DNA of 64,000 bases from Heptranchias perlo (lineage: Eukaryota): contig NC_090346.1 of NCBI RefSeq assembly GCF_035084215.1, positions 48,608,001 through 48,672,000 of the forward strand, given 5' to 3'. The position numbers and the translations under genes are program-made. The notes beneath the pieces are model-generated. The model was not told the origin of the DNA, made no database searches, and was given only the letters and a program-made list of their open reading frames with translations. Numbering within the stretch: the first letter of the stretch is position 1; each line of letters begins with the position of its first letter. Positions 24,131-37,030 of the stretch are shown here, piece by piece.

Positions 24131-27100
24131 AGGAACATAGGAACAGGAGTAGGCCATTCAGCCCCTCGTGCCTGCTCCGCCATTTGATAAGATCATGGCT
24201 GATCTGTGATCTAACTCCATATACCTGCCTTTGGCCCATATCCCTTAATACCTTTGGTTGCCAAAAATCTATCTATCTCATATTTAAATTTAGCAATTGA
24301 GCTAGTATCAATTGCCGTTTGCAGAAGAGAGTTCCAAACTTCTACAACCCTTTGTGTGTAGAAATGTTTTCCAATCTCATTCCTGAAAGGTCTGGCTCTA
24401 ATTTTTAGACTGTGCCCCCTACTCCTAGAATCCCCAACCAGCGGAAATAGTTTCTCTCCATCTGCCCTATCCGTTCCTCTTAATATCTTATAAACTTCGA
24501 TCAGATCACCCCTTAACCTTCTAAACTCCACAGAATACAACCCCAATTTGTGTAATCTCTCCTCGTAACTTAACCCTTGAAGTCCGGGTATCATTCTAGT
24601 AAACCTACGCTGCACTCCCTCCAAGGCCAATATGTCCTTCCGAAGGTGCGGTGCCCAGAACTGCTCACAGTACTCCAGATGCGGTCTAACCAGGGTTTTG
24701 TATAGCTGCAGCATGACTTCTGCCCCCTTGTACTCTAGTCCTCTACATATAAAGGCCAGCATTCCATTAGCCTTCTTGATTATTTTCTGCACCTGTTCAT
24801 GACACTTCAATGATCTATGTACCTGTACCCCTAAGTCCCTTTGGACATCCACTGTTTTTAACTTTTTACCATTCACCATTTTTTGATCCAAAGCGAATGA
24901 CCTCACATTAGTCTACATTGAATTCCATTTGCCACAGTTTTGCCCATTCACCTAATCTATCAATATCCCTTTGTAATTTTATGTTTTCATCTACACTGCT
25001 TACAATGCCACCAATCTTTGTGTCATCGGCAAACTTAGATATGAGACTTTCTATGCCTTCATCTAAGTCGTTAATAAATATTGTGAATAATTGAGGCCCC
25101 AAGACAGATCCCTGCGGGACTCCACTAGTAACATCCTGCCAATGTGAGTACCTACCCATTATCCCTACTCTCTGTCGCCTTTCGCTCAGCCAACTTCCTA
25201 ACCAAGTCCGTACCTTTCCCTCAATTCCATGGGCTTCTATCTTAGCTAACAGTCTCTTATGTGGGACCTTATCAAATGCCTTCTGGAAGTTCATATAAAT
25301 AACATCCATTGACATTCCCCTGTCCACTACTTTAGTCACCTCTTCAAAAAATTCATCAGGTTTGTCAGGCACGACCTACCTTTCACAAATCCATGCTGGC
25401 TCTCCTTGATTAACTGAAAATTCTCGAGGTGTTCAGTCACCCTATCCTTAATTATAGACTCCAGCAATTTCCCCACAACAGATGTTAGGCTAACTGGTCT
25501 ATAATTCCCCGGTTTCCCCCTCTCTCCTTTCTTAAAAAGCGGAGTGACGTGCAATTTTCCAATCTAGAGGGACAGTTCCTGAATCTAGAGAACTTTGAAA
25601 GATTATAGTTAGGGCATCCGCAATCTGCTCACCTACTTCCTTTAAAACCCTGGGATGGAAACCATCTGGTCCTGGGGATTTGTCACTCTTTAGTGCTATT
25701 ATTTTCATCATCACTGTTGCTTTACTTATGTTAATTTTATCAAGTCCCTGTCCCCGATTCAATATTAGTTTTCTTGAGATTTCCAGCATGCTATCCTCTT
25801 TCTACTGTAAATACTGACGCAAAGTAATTGTTCAACATGTCCGCCATTTCCCCATTGTCAATAACAATATCCCCACTTTCAGTTTTTAAGGGGCCAATAC
25901 TGCTCCTGACCACCCTCTTTTTCCTAATATAACTATAAAAGTTCTTTGTATTGGTTTTGACATCCCTTGCAAGTTTCTTTTCATACTCTCTTTTTGTAGC
26001 TCTTACTATCTGTTTTGTGACCCTTTGTTGATCTTTGTATCTTTCCCATTCGCCAGGATCTGTGCCATTTTTTGCCTTTTTGTATGCCCTTTCCTTATGT
26101 CTTATACTGTCCCTTACCTCTTTAGTTGTCCATGGATTTTTTTTTTGGCAAGTAGAGTTCTTTCCCCTCAGAGGTATAAACCGGTTCTGTATCTCGTTAA
26201 ATGTTTCTTTAAACATTTCCCACTGATCATCAGTCATTTTACCCATTAACAGATTTGCCCAGTTTACTGTGGACAGTCTCTGTCTCATCCCATTGAAGTC
26301 GGCCTTACCCAAGTCTAGAATCTTAGCAGCTGATTCACTTTTTTTCCCTTTCAAACACTACCTTGAACTTGATCATGTTATGATCGCTATTGGATAGATG
26401 TTCACGCACAGTTAAGTATGGCTTGCCCCCTTGTTGCCTCTAGGACATACTGCTGTAGAAAACTATCCCAGACACACTCAAGAAATTCACTACCTTTCTG
26501 ACAGTTGCTAGTCTGCTTTTCCCAATCTATGTGAAAGTTAAAGTCCCCCATTAAGACCACTATGCCTTTCTTGCACGCTTGTCTAATCTCTGCATTTATA
26601 CAATCTAGCACTTCAGAGCTGCTGCCAGGGGTCCTATAGTCTGAGATCCTTTCCTATTTCTCAACTCAACCCATAAGGTCTCTGTTGGCTGCTTACCTCT
26701 CGTTATATCCTCCTTTAGAGATTAAATCAATTCAATGATAATCACTAAGGCTACTCCTCCCCCTCTTCCATTTTCCCTATCTCTCCTGTAGACCTTATAA
26801 TCCGGTATATTTAGTTCCCAATCCTGACCATCCTGCAACCATGTCTCAGTAATAGCTATCATGTCATACCCTCCAATTTGAATTTGAATCTGTAGTTCAT
26901 TTAATTTATTCCTTATACTCCATGCATTTGTATATAGAACTCTTAGTTGGGCCACACACCCTAGCCTGACCTTCAGCTTTGATGCTGGGAGAATCGCCTT
27001 ACGCCTTCTAGTTTTTACTTTATCTGTAGTGTCTAAAGTACACTTTCTGCTGCTCTACGCTTTTCCCTTTCACTTGTTCTTGAACAACTGTTTGTACTAT

Positions 27101-27880
27101 TTGTATTGTAAATTTCCCCTGGGTCTTCCCCTCTCTTGCTGCTCTCAACTTTACTCCCTTCTGACTCCCCGCTCAGGTTCCCATCCCTTGCCACTCTAGT
27201 TTAAACCTTTCCCAACAGCACTAGCAAACACCCCTGCGAGGACATTGGTCCCGGTCCTGCTCGGGTGTAACCCGTCTCGCTTGTACAGGTCCCACCTTCC
27301 CCAGAACCGGTCCCAATGTCCCAGGAATCTAAATCCCTCCCTCCTACACCATCCCTGCAGCCACGCATTCATCCTGTCTGTTCTCCTGTTCCTATACTCA
27401 CTAGCACGTGGCACTGGTAGTAATCCTGAGATCACTACCTTTGAGGTCCTTTTTAATTTATCTCCTAACTCCTTGAATTCACCTTGCAGGACCTCATCCC
27501 TTTTTTTACCTATGTCATTGGTACCAATATGGACTACGACTACCAGCTGTTCACCCTCCCCCCTCCAGAATGCCCTGCAGCCGTTCTGTGACATCCTTGA
27601 CCCTAGCACCAGGGAGGCAACGTACCATCCTGGAGTCACGTTTACGGCTGCAGAAATGCCTATCTGTTCCCCTTACAATTGAATCCCCTATCACTATAGC
27701 CCTGCCACTCTTCTTCCTCCCCTCCTGTGCAGTGGTGCCACGAACTTGGCTCTTGCTGCTTTCCCCTGATAAGCCATCTCCCCCAACCGTATCCAAAGCA
27801 GAATATCTGTTTGAGAGGGAGATGGCCCCAGCGGACTTCTGCTCTACCTGCCTGGTCCTTTTACTCTGCCTGGTGGTCGC
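24131..27880 (-). mobile_element. Long CR1 LINE (partial ORF1 esterase plus ORF2 endonuclease/RT), frameshifted
   Basis: ORF1 SGNH motifs VIGDS, HIGTND, DGLHP; ORF2 motifs IAITETW, GDFN, SPGPDG, NYRPVSLT, GVPQGSVLGP, KFADD, RPHLEYC; split over about nine ORFs. Confidence 0.95.
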
Positions 27881-27976
27881 TCATTTTGGAGCATGAACAC
27901 CAACATGGAACAGTTGGGCTGAATGGCCTGTTTCTGTGCTGTACGTTTTAAATGAGCTTTTTCTTCTTGTTCACAG

Positions 27977-28124
27977 AAAATATGGTTTCCCAGGATTGTA
28001 CAAGGGCCTTGAAGCCAAGTTACTTCAGACAGTTCTTACCGCTGCTCTTATGTTTCTGGTCTACGAGAGGGTTGCAGGGGTCACCTTTAAAATCATGGGA
28101 TTATCGAAGATGGCTAAGCACTAA
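27977..28124 (+). CDS. SLC25A17: SLC25A17-like exon 9 (last coding exon)
   Basis: cacAG / [48 protein letters not shown]; the nine exons sum to 942 nt = 313 aa plus stop. Confidence 0.92.
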
Positions 28125-28998
28125 ATGAACAATCTGAAAACTGACCCGATTCCTGCTGACAGACCGTTCAGCCTCTGCTTTACTGCCACAGTAGCATTAA
28201 AGCTGGGTGGTACCATTTTGATTCCTTCAAGGGATTGCATTAACGGGGGAAATAGCACTGTTGAATTTACATTTGTTACGTGTGTGTTGTCCGAGTTTGC
28301 AAAGGTGTTGCAACAGCACAGAAAGCACAAAAGAGAACATGGAACATAACGCAGCCACTAGGGGTATAGGTTAACTATTTTTCTCTCAAAACAAAAAGCA
28401 AAGGTGGGGGAATCAGAGTTCCAATTTGTATGCAGGATAAAAAGTGAGAGTGGAAAAGTGTGCTCTTTTATATTAAAAAAAAAGTTAAAATGCAGGTGCC
28501 TCCTTGGATATTTCCATGCTGCACTAACTTTATTTGTAACACTGGCGCTCTCTGCTCCTAAGTTATATTTTTATTACATCACTGGCTGTAGTCCAACCCA
28601 GTGGCTACAATGCAGCTGTATTGAAGAATCTCAATGGAATACCAAGAAATTGCACTGTTAAGGATGAATGTTGTTTATAGAAGGGGAGTTAAGAGAACAT
28701 GCTGGCTCTCAGATTGGAGATGTTTGAATTTTACTCTATTATGTTATCCTCAAACTCTAGAAGTTAGCTATGGAAGTTGTACATTATTAAAACAAAGAAA
28801 ACAGACAGTTTCTATGGCTGGGGAGAGCTGTACTTGTGTATTTTATAAAACTTTTATTATGAAGGTTCTTTGACTGTGTACATTTTTAAAGTGTCACTTT
28901 GTACAGAACTGTAAAATACATAACGACAGCCGTTCAGCATTACGTTTCCTTCGCTGATGCTGAGTCAGATGCCTGGTTAGTTTCTCACCCACAGCGCA

Positions 28999-29122
28999 CT
29001 AGTTACCTTTCTGTACAATCATGTTTTCCACATACCAGTCTGGTAGGAAGGTATACGTGCGGTCTGTGTGTACTGAATATGAAATATCTTTACCGGGTTC
29101 CCAGGAGAAAAGGGTCACCATC
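28999..29122 (-). CDS. DXO: DXO last coding exon
   Basis: MVTLFSWEPGKDISYSVHTDRTYTFLPDWYVENMIVQKGN*; FSWEPG and FLPxWY motifs; total CDS 1266 nt = 421 aa plus stop. Confidence 0.9.
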
Positions 29123-29950
29123 CTAAAGACAAAGGAAAGGTAATAGAAAATATTAACCTGGCATAGGGCTTGGGTGTTTCAAATAAGATCCATGGTAACA
29201 AAAGCATCTGTACAACAGAAGCAGAACACTGTTTGATACTTCTAAAGAGGTTGGACTGTTGCATGAGAGAGATTCTAGTGCATTGTAATTGCAACTGGAT
29301 ACTAAGCAGACAACTGTAAATCTAACTACTGATCGGCCTAATAAGCTAATATAATTAATAATAACTTCAAGAAAACCAATTGGATGCAGTGTTCTAGAGA
29401 GGTCCGTTTCTTAGGGCTTCACTGTATTTATACGAGGTGGGGGGGAAAAATACTGCACTTTGCTGCGACCACTACCTCCAAGTCCCAGCCAGGACCAAAA
29501 GCCCCTGCTCACTCCCTCCCAGCCAGGTTGGGGGGTTGAGGCTTAAGTTCAGTTCCCAGTCTCTGTGGGAGGTGAGGAAAAGGAGAGTATGATATGAAAT
29601 GTGAGGCACATAATGTGCAAGAAAGACATACAAAGAGTCAGATCAAGAGACAGAGGGAAGGAAGGAAGACCAGAAAGAGAGAGAAAATGAGCGAGTCAGA
29701 TGATGAGAAGTTGCGTGATATACGTGTTATTCTGGGTGAATGGTTATCTTAGTCACAGCAATTTGGGGTTAAAGGACTAAGCAAAGGTTAAAGTAGAGCT
29801 GCTTTTTTTAGGTCTATAGATGGTCTCATAACCCTTTAGCTCTTATGCTTAACAATGGGCATTGTTAAAACTGCTTTCTAACTGGGAAATAACCTCTTAC
29901 TAAAACAGAAGGCTCACAGAATTCTGAAGGAGAACTAAATAGATTCGTAC

Positions 29951-30045
29951 CGGTGATCATCTTGGGTCACCACCTTCTTCACAAAGGACAGAAAAGCGTT
30001 GCAGAAATTTAGACAAACTGCAGGCTTCCAGCAATTCCGTTCGTT
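29951..30045 (-). CDS. DXO: DXO coding exon 5
   Basis: NERNCWKPAVCLNFCNAFLSFVKKVVTQDDH-R, 95 nt, AG and GT boundaries. Confidence 0.9.
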
Positions 30046-31263
30046 CTGTTTTGAGAAGGGAACAAAATGTAATTGTCTTTAGCTGAAGTCTGGCACAAAC
30101 AGAGAGGCACTGCTCCTGTAATCAAACTAATATCAATCATGCCATTACATGAAAACCCCTCCACAGGAATACAGAAATAGGCCATTCAGCACCATTGTGG
30201 CATCTTCCAATGTTATTTAACATCCTGAGGGAGATGAACCACTGTGAGTGAGAATAAAATTTGGGCCCAATCTCCTCCTGGAACTGCTGACCTTTGTAGA
30301 CTGAGAATCGAACGTGGGACCTCCTGGTTTGTACGGCTCACTCCAACCATCAGGGAAGCTTTCCACTTGGGTCAGCAATCTAGCTCAGTCAAATGAGCCT
30401 GGGGGTTGCTCCTTCTGGGCATGGTGGGGGGGAAGACCACCCCTTGAAAAGGACAACAGACCCATTCTGCTTATGCACGTGGTCAGAGGACAGGATTTGA
30501 GGATCCTATCAAGCTGGACTAAAAGGCTGCTGCCAGGTTTTTAAAAAAAATTCATTGTAATATTCTCTAATAATTAGAGGTCACCTTATATCAAGTGGCC
30601 TTTTTGCGTGAAATTTCTATAATAAAACCCATCTGAACTAAATATATTTGATCTCTGCCCTAAATGTTAAATAGTGACTCTTAAGACCTTTTTGCGTATG
30701 TCTGGCAAGGTCCAGTTTTCACCATCAGTGGAAATTCTATATAGAATTGCATCGTCCGACGACCTCAGTAGGTTTTATTCTTACCGTATCAGTAAGTGAT
30801 GGGAGTGCAGGCGCGAGTTATTTTTGTGAACCTACACTATTTAAGGAGGTGCTTTTGCTGGGTATGTAAGGAGTCACAAATTGACTGTTCCCACTCTGAA
30901 TTGTACCAAAAACAAAATATGGAAATCCAGTTTAGAATAATTTGGTTGCTAATTCCAAAGATAGATTTATCATTGAGGATATCTGGCTGCCTGTAACTGG
31001 AGTTAGCCAGAACTTCGGGCAATGTTAACTTGTAATCCATCACATCTGTTCCTGTTTTAGCACCCCTGCATTTCAAGCCATTTAACAGCTTACTCCAGTA
31101 GTTTTTGTTAAATGTGAGGGTGTTGCCTGTAAAAAGTGAAGTGCAAGTTTCACCTTTTTTACTCTTTATCTTTTATTCTCCTCTTTCAATAATTATGCAG
31201 CTGGCAGTCCATAACTTTAAGACTTATTTCTAAAATGTAATGATTGAGTTTTTGTGTACAAAC

Positions 31264-31399
31264 CTTGACGAGATGATGAATCTTCATTGTTTCAAAAGAC
31301 TGAAGTGAAACTACTGTCCCATTGTCATCTCTAAAGCCTGCGATTATCCGAGGTACTCCCGGCAGAAAGGACTGTGCCCACCATTTGATCAGCTTAAAT
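31264..31399 (-). CDS. DXO: DXO coding exon 4
   Basis: Not in the ORF track; FKLIKWWAQSFLPGVPRIIAGFRDDNGTVVSLQSFETMKIHHLVK with AG and GT boundaries. Confidence 0.93.
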
Positions 31400-32445
31400 C
31401 TACAAAGACAAGGTTGACACAGTCAGAACTTCCAGGTGCCTTTGCTGTACCCATTGTTAAGCTGTGTCCCATTTAGCAAAGTTTCGTTGTACAATTGGAG
31501 CTAAAGTTCCTACAGCCTCATTGTACACAAAACAGGACTGTGGCAGCTGTGTAATAGCAGGAGTAACAGGGTGCATTGCAATTCGAGGATCCAGAAGGAG
31601 GTCTCAATAGTGTCTCTTGGGATAGTGAGAGGTTTGACCTGCCTCCCACTCAGAATGAACAGTTCATATTTAATTTGCAGACTAACAATGTCCTGGCTGA
31701 CATGAACAAATTCAGGAAACAGCAGGTTTGTATTGTGAATTATGCCGATAAAGTGAAGAATGAAATTAAGTTTTTTTTTTGAAAAGAGGTCTGCTTTACT
31801 TGTTTTTTTCCTCATGTGATCATTCAGCTAATGAATGCACTCACATAAACACCTTCCCTCTGGAGAGTTGCCATTCCCCTCCCCCCCCTTTGAATTGTGA
31901 CACTCTTTACTCTGGCTTCCACCTTTCTACTGGGAGTGGTTCTGCCAAGGGTTTGTATAATCAATATCTCTGTTCTGACCTGCTACTATCTTTCAGTCTC
32001 TTCACCTACAGTAGTTATTGATACTGTTTGTCTTCAGTGTTTCTGGTATATTTTCTTCAATTGAAAATTTATAACTACAATAGCAAAAAAAAGTGCAATA
32101 ATTCTATTGTTTATAAATGAGCTATTTCCAATTTCAAACATATCTTTGGTCCGGCTGGAAAACAGAACAGATCACTGATTGTTAAGTTCCATTTACACAG
32201 TTTTTACAAACCTGTAGTAATTTTATCCTGAGGTTGAACTGTAGCAGGCCACGTACATGCATATTTACCATTCGTAAGACTCTCCAAAATCACTTCAGTC
32301 AAGCATCTCAAACAACTCTGCAGCTGTGCCCTGCAGGTGTTTACGGGAGTGTAATCACTAGCTGGATATGCAACAGACAGGTTGACATTTAGAACTGGTT
32401 AATTTAACCTTCTTCGTGCAAGTGCAGGAGGCAAAGGCTACCAAC

Positions 32446-32665
32446 CTATGAAAATTCCTCTCTTGGTTTGGACTGTAAATCTCCCTGCTTGTCTTTAGCT
32501 CCAAATAACACTGTGGGGCCTTTAAGCTAGGGTCAGAGTTGTCTTTGCAGTCCACCTCACCGGAGAATACGAGTGAGTGGCCGTTGAGCCGAGTTCGAAC
32601 CACGGAACAAAATGCTTCGTTGGTGTTTACCACACCCGCTGGATTAGGATTCCCATCTGGTTTAT
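32446..32665 (-). CDS. DXO: DXO coding exon 3
   Basis: DKPDGNPNPAGVVNTNEAFCSVVRTRL...FSGEVDC...YLELKTS...; catalytic EVD and ELK motifs intact. Confidence 0.93.
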
Positions 32666-33969
32666 CTGAAAGAAATACCGTGAATATTAGTTAATTTTGC
32701 ACTTTCCTATCCTCATCTTCTAGGGGCACTCACTCTTGCTAGGGTACAATTCTAGGAGTATCAGGCAGCCTTCAATACTTCATTTATATGGCTATTCTTC
32801 ATGCATAAGCCTGTACCGTGAGTGTTGGCAGCTGTTTGATCATGAAGGGTATCTACATAAGTGCATATTCCAGTGATCATTGAATAGTATTTGAAGCAGG
32901 AGCTCTGGCTCGTTCTCTTCCCCCCAGGGAGACTGAGGCCAATTGCAGTGCCTCACATGCTGCCCTGGCAGAGACCAGGATCTTTATTGGCCTAAAACAA
33001 ATAAGATTTAAGGAAAGATTGCCAGTGCAAACCAGATAACTACAAACAAAACACCTCTGTTCTTTGATAGTAGGGGCTTTCAATAATTATTTGGGAAATT
33101 CTGTGAAGATTTTGTATACCTCTATCTGTATTTATCTTTATAACCCTTAGTCCTAACAGATGTTTGTTTGAAAAAGGCTGAACAAATAACAGTGATCACA
33201 CCTGCCATTCAGTTTGGAGTTACAAACTTAATCTCCTTATCCTTCAAATGTGATTGGATATGCACTAGTCTTGTTAGGATTCAGTAAAGTGAAGGGGGTA
33301 AGAAAGCTTCATTCTGTGTCCACTTAAACTGTGAAAAATACCCAGCACCACAATTATGCTGGAGAGACTAATTTGAGATCTATAACATGGGGTTGAAATG
33401 CTGGTAGCTACAGGTCTTTCAGGAGAAATGTGAGATGATTTATGATTTTTGTTTCAGTATTAAGGTTGAAACACTACATCAAGTGAACCGCGTTTGATAG
33501 ACTGGATCTGTCAAAAATTCTTTGAAGAATGTGAACTGAATGCCGCACAGAAGTATCGCGGACAACTTTGAGTAATAGTCCAAGCACTGAGTAGCTAATA
33601 TTTTAAGTTTAACATTTCGCTGTTGATCAGTGTCTTAGTCTATTTTTGTAGTTCTGCTAATTTGATTTTTAGTTTAGTACAGCATTAAAGTGCATAAGTG
33701 CAATTTTCCCCTATAGCATATGAATATCAATATATTAAATAAGGTAGTAACACTAATCACATTACTAGGGCAGTGGGTGAACAATGGCATTTTTAACTGT
33801 TTAAAATTTATTTATAGGCTGAGTGTTGTTGTAGCTCTGAGGTCATGGCAACTGATACAAATCAACTCACCGCTGAAAAGGTGAAGTTTTCTTAACTAAT
33901 TTCATCTGATCATAACAATCCTTTGATTTGACGTCCAGTCTGGCCCAAAACAATGGATAAATCTCTTAC

Positions 33970-34196
33970 CTGCACATAAGTACTGTTCAAACTTATATCC
34001 TCCATACATCAATTCCTCCTGCAATTCGGTCCGCTGCTCTCTCTGCCGCCTGGCTTCCTCGGTCTCTACCTCACTCATGTAATAAGTTCTATTAAACCGA
34101 GTCACCGCCATCAGCCAGCCCTCCCGGTTCTCATAAGGAGTGGTGAGCATTTTTGTCAGATGTCCTCTCCACGTGATGAAGTCTGTGTGCAGCTGA
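33970..34196 (-). CDS. DXO: DXO coding exon 2
   Basis: QLHTDFITWRGHLTKMLTTPYENREGW...MYGGYKFEQYLCA; contains the WRG and GYKFE family motifs; AG and GTAAG boundaries. Confidence 0.93.
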
Positions 34197-36082
34197 CTGC
34201 AAGTAAAAATGGACAATTTCTCAAACCAACAAAAAACACACACATGGGGGGAAAAAACCCATCCAGCTTGTAAGTTGTAAAAGAAGGATAAGGCAACCTG
34301 TAGAGGTCAGTCCCTTTTAAACACACAGCTGGTCTGTTTGGATGATGCCCGTTTCCATTGTCCAAAGATAGATTCTATAATAGTCAGGCATGCAATGTGC
34401 ACAATCCCCTGCTTACTCCTCACTTCCTAAGATATGATACTCTTATTCACCGCATGGGACCTAAGTCTGATTTATGAAGACGAGTACTGTAATGCTATTT
34501 TATTTAGCTTCTATATTTTTTAAAAAATAGATCTAGGTTTCATATAACTATATCATCTCTAAAGAAAATCTGTTTTATCCAGAAAGAGCCATGACAAGTT
34601 CTAGGGAAGTGTTCATCAAGAAAAGGTCAACTGACCCGTGTTTGCTCAATGGATGCTGCCTGACCTGCTGCGTGTCTCCTGCATTTTCTGTTTACGAGTT
34701 CTTTTCTCCCTACAGTAATATTGCGTTTATTGATTAACCAGCCAATAGTATGAGATTTCTGTTGCTTTGAGTGTGCTCCATTGTAGTAGCTTTTTTAAAT
34801 ATAATTCTCTGGTGTAACCAGTGCCAGCTCCACTGATGGCTCACTGGGTAAATGCATCACTTGTTTGGTACTAAGCTACACAGCACAGACCAAGAAAGTC
34901 CCAGGTTTGATCGTTGAGTCATTGCTATACATTGCTTATATGCAGACATCGAATGAGCTCAATGCAATGGCCTGCATGATTAATTAGCCCACAGACACAC
35001 GTGGTCTGAACTTACTTATGAAGACTGCCCACTTGCGCAAAGTGCAGATACTTGTACAACTGTATCCCAGCATAGGTCACCAATTTTCAGCAAAGGAGGG
35101 GAAAGGGGAGAAGACTGGAGGGAAAGGGGAGAAGACTGGAGGGAAAGCATATTTTTAAAAAGGTGCAGTGTGCATATTTCGGTTGGGGGGAAGGGGTAGA
35201 GAGAAGGTTGAGCACACTCCTCATGATTAAAAGTAATGAAACTATATAATCTGTGTCTGTGGAAACTCCTTTATGTACAGCAATATTGTACTTTCAAAAT
35301 GGGTATAGCATCCTGGGAATTGTAGTCTTAAGGAGCATTCACTGTACAAATGCAGCACCAGTGCAAAGCTCTTCACTTCACACCACTGCTATGATTATAG
35401 TGCAACTGCAGCTAACACCAGAATACGAGTGGAATGTAAAGCGAAGGGAGAGTAGGTTGGGAAGTCAAGACCCCATTCTATAATTAAAAGACTACTATAA
35501 CATATAAATGCCACAAAGCACTTAGCTACCATACAGTTACTGGCACAAAACAAATTTGGTTACTTCAAAATGATACTTTCATACACAGGTATAATTAATA
35601 ACTAAACATCGATATCATCAAAAATGCTACATCTGCACATATTTCCTGATTGGGGGATGGGCCGACAGTGGGCCTGGGTCCCAGATTGATTGTAAGGGTC
35701 GCATATAAAATGAGCTTGTTCAGTTCCTGGTGGCAAAGTGCAAGACTGCCCTTAATTCAGCACTAAACAGGCACTTTCACTCAGTGGTTTGTGTGCAATT
35801 GGAGGATGTTCTTTTGAAGTTGAAACTGAGGATATAATCGGGACAGAATCAAAGGAACTTCACTCTGCATTTAACTGCACAGTGCTGGGTGCTGACAATG
35901 GATGTCTGAAATAGAAAATGTTCCATTCTGCATCCCTCAGCTTCAAAAGTGGAAAATTCATGTGATTTTTTTTAAATGTTGAGTAAGTGAAATAGACAGT
36001 TCTATCTATCATAAACCTATACTACAAATTTATTATTTTACTATATTATTTACAAAATAAAAAGCTCAATGTCACAACTTAC

Positions 36083-36546
36083 TTGATCAAAGCAGGTGAT
36101 TTATCATCCCCAGACAACATGGGGAATTTGTGTTTGTTTAGTAATATCCACTTCAGGATATGGTCCAGCTTTTCCTTAATGTTTTCGTTCCGTTTTATAT
36201 ATCTGTCTTTGTAACCATCTCGCAGATTGAAATTTGGATTCTTGCTGGTGGGCTCCACGCAGTATTTTAGCTGCCTGGCATCATTAAAGAGCTGTCGATG
36301 TGAATCTAGCGAGAAACAGCCAATCTCAACAGGCTGCCTGTAATCAGGAAAATTCTTGTCATAATAGTCTGGCTGCGCAGGAAGAACACGTTCACAATTG
36401 TCGTCATTGTTTCTGTTTGTGTGTGAAGTGCATTGTTTATCAGTCTCCATTCGCAGTAATTTAATCTGACTCTCTTGTATATCATCTGCTTTTCGTTTAA
36501 AGACTCCCCTGGACGATTCCCTACTGGTATTGAAATGCTGATCCAT
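36083..36546 (-). CDS. DXO: DXO (decapping exoribonuclease, Dom3Z/Rai1 family), first coding exon
   Basis: Acceptor just before 36576, ATG at 36546; MDQHF...FPDYRQPVEIGCFSLDSHRQLFNDARQLKY...NFNLRDGYKDRY...EKLDHILKWI; GTAAGT donor. The start codon is the least certain part. Confidence 0.85.
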
Positions 36547-36671
36547 ATCGTCACTCTTTGATTTAATTAAAAAAGCCTGCAAGAAATTAACAAAAATTAC
36601 AGGTTAAATATAATTGACAGAAACTGGCAATATTATGTTACAAAAGTTTCATTTCAACTGTGGGGAGCCTC

Positions 36672-37030
36672 CTTCAGTGGCTCAGTTGGTAAAGGCAGTA
36701 TGTAACCAAGCAATGACCATAAAACCCCATGTTCAATTCCCAGTCAATGCTGAACTAGTTGATCAAGGTGCAAAGATTAGCTTCACTGCCTCTGGGCAAG
36801 GGAGGAGGAACGAAAGATAATCAGCCAGGGCACCTGACTGCCTTTCATGACCTGCTGCTGGTAGGTGTTGGGTGAGGACAGGGTGGTTTTGGAGTGTCCC
36901 CCCCCACCCCAGTCAAATAGCCTTCCAACACTCTCTGTCTATGCTCAGACATGAAGAATAGCCACTTAGGTGCTTGTGGAACTGTACTCCAGCATGAGTG
37001 AGTGCCTTCAAGAGAGGAGTGGGAAAAATA
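36672..37030 (+). mobile_element. Old, highly diverged SINE-like family (representative copy)
   Basis: gctcagttggt head and shared blocks (cagccaggg, aatagcc...acactc, atgaagaatagccact) recur near 19480-19990, 21030-21420, 32710-33000 (minus), 34835-35110, 38630-38970, 39800-40050 (minus) and 50070-50410. Confidence 0.55.

Noticed and set aside
27196-27796. Stand-alone GDSL/SGNH lipase gene
   Set aside because: It is frameshifted CR1 ORF1, directly upstream of and collinear with CR1 ORF2.
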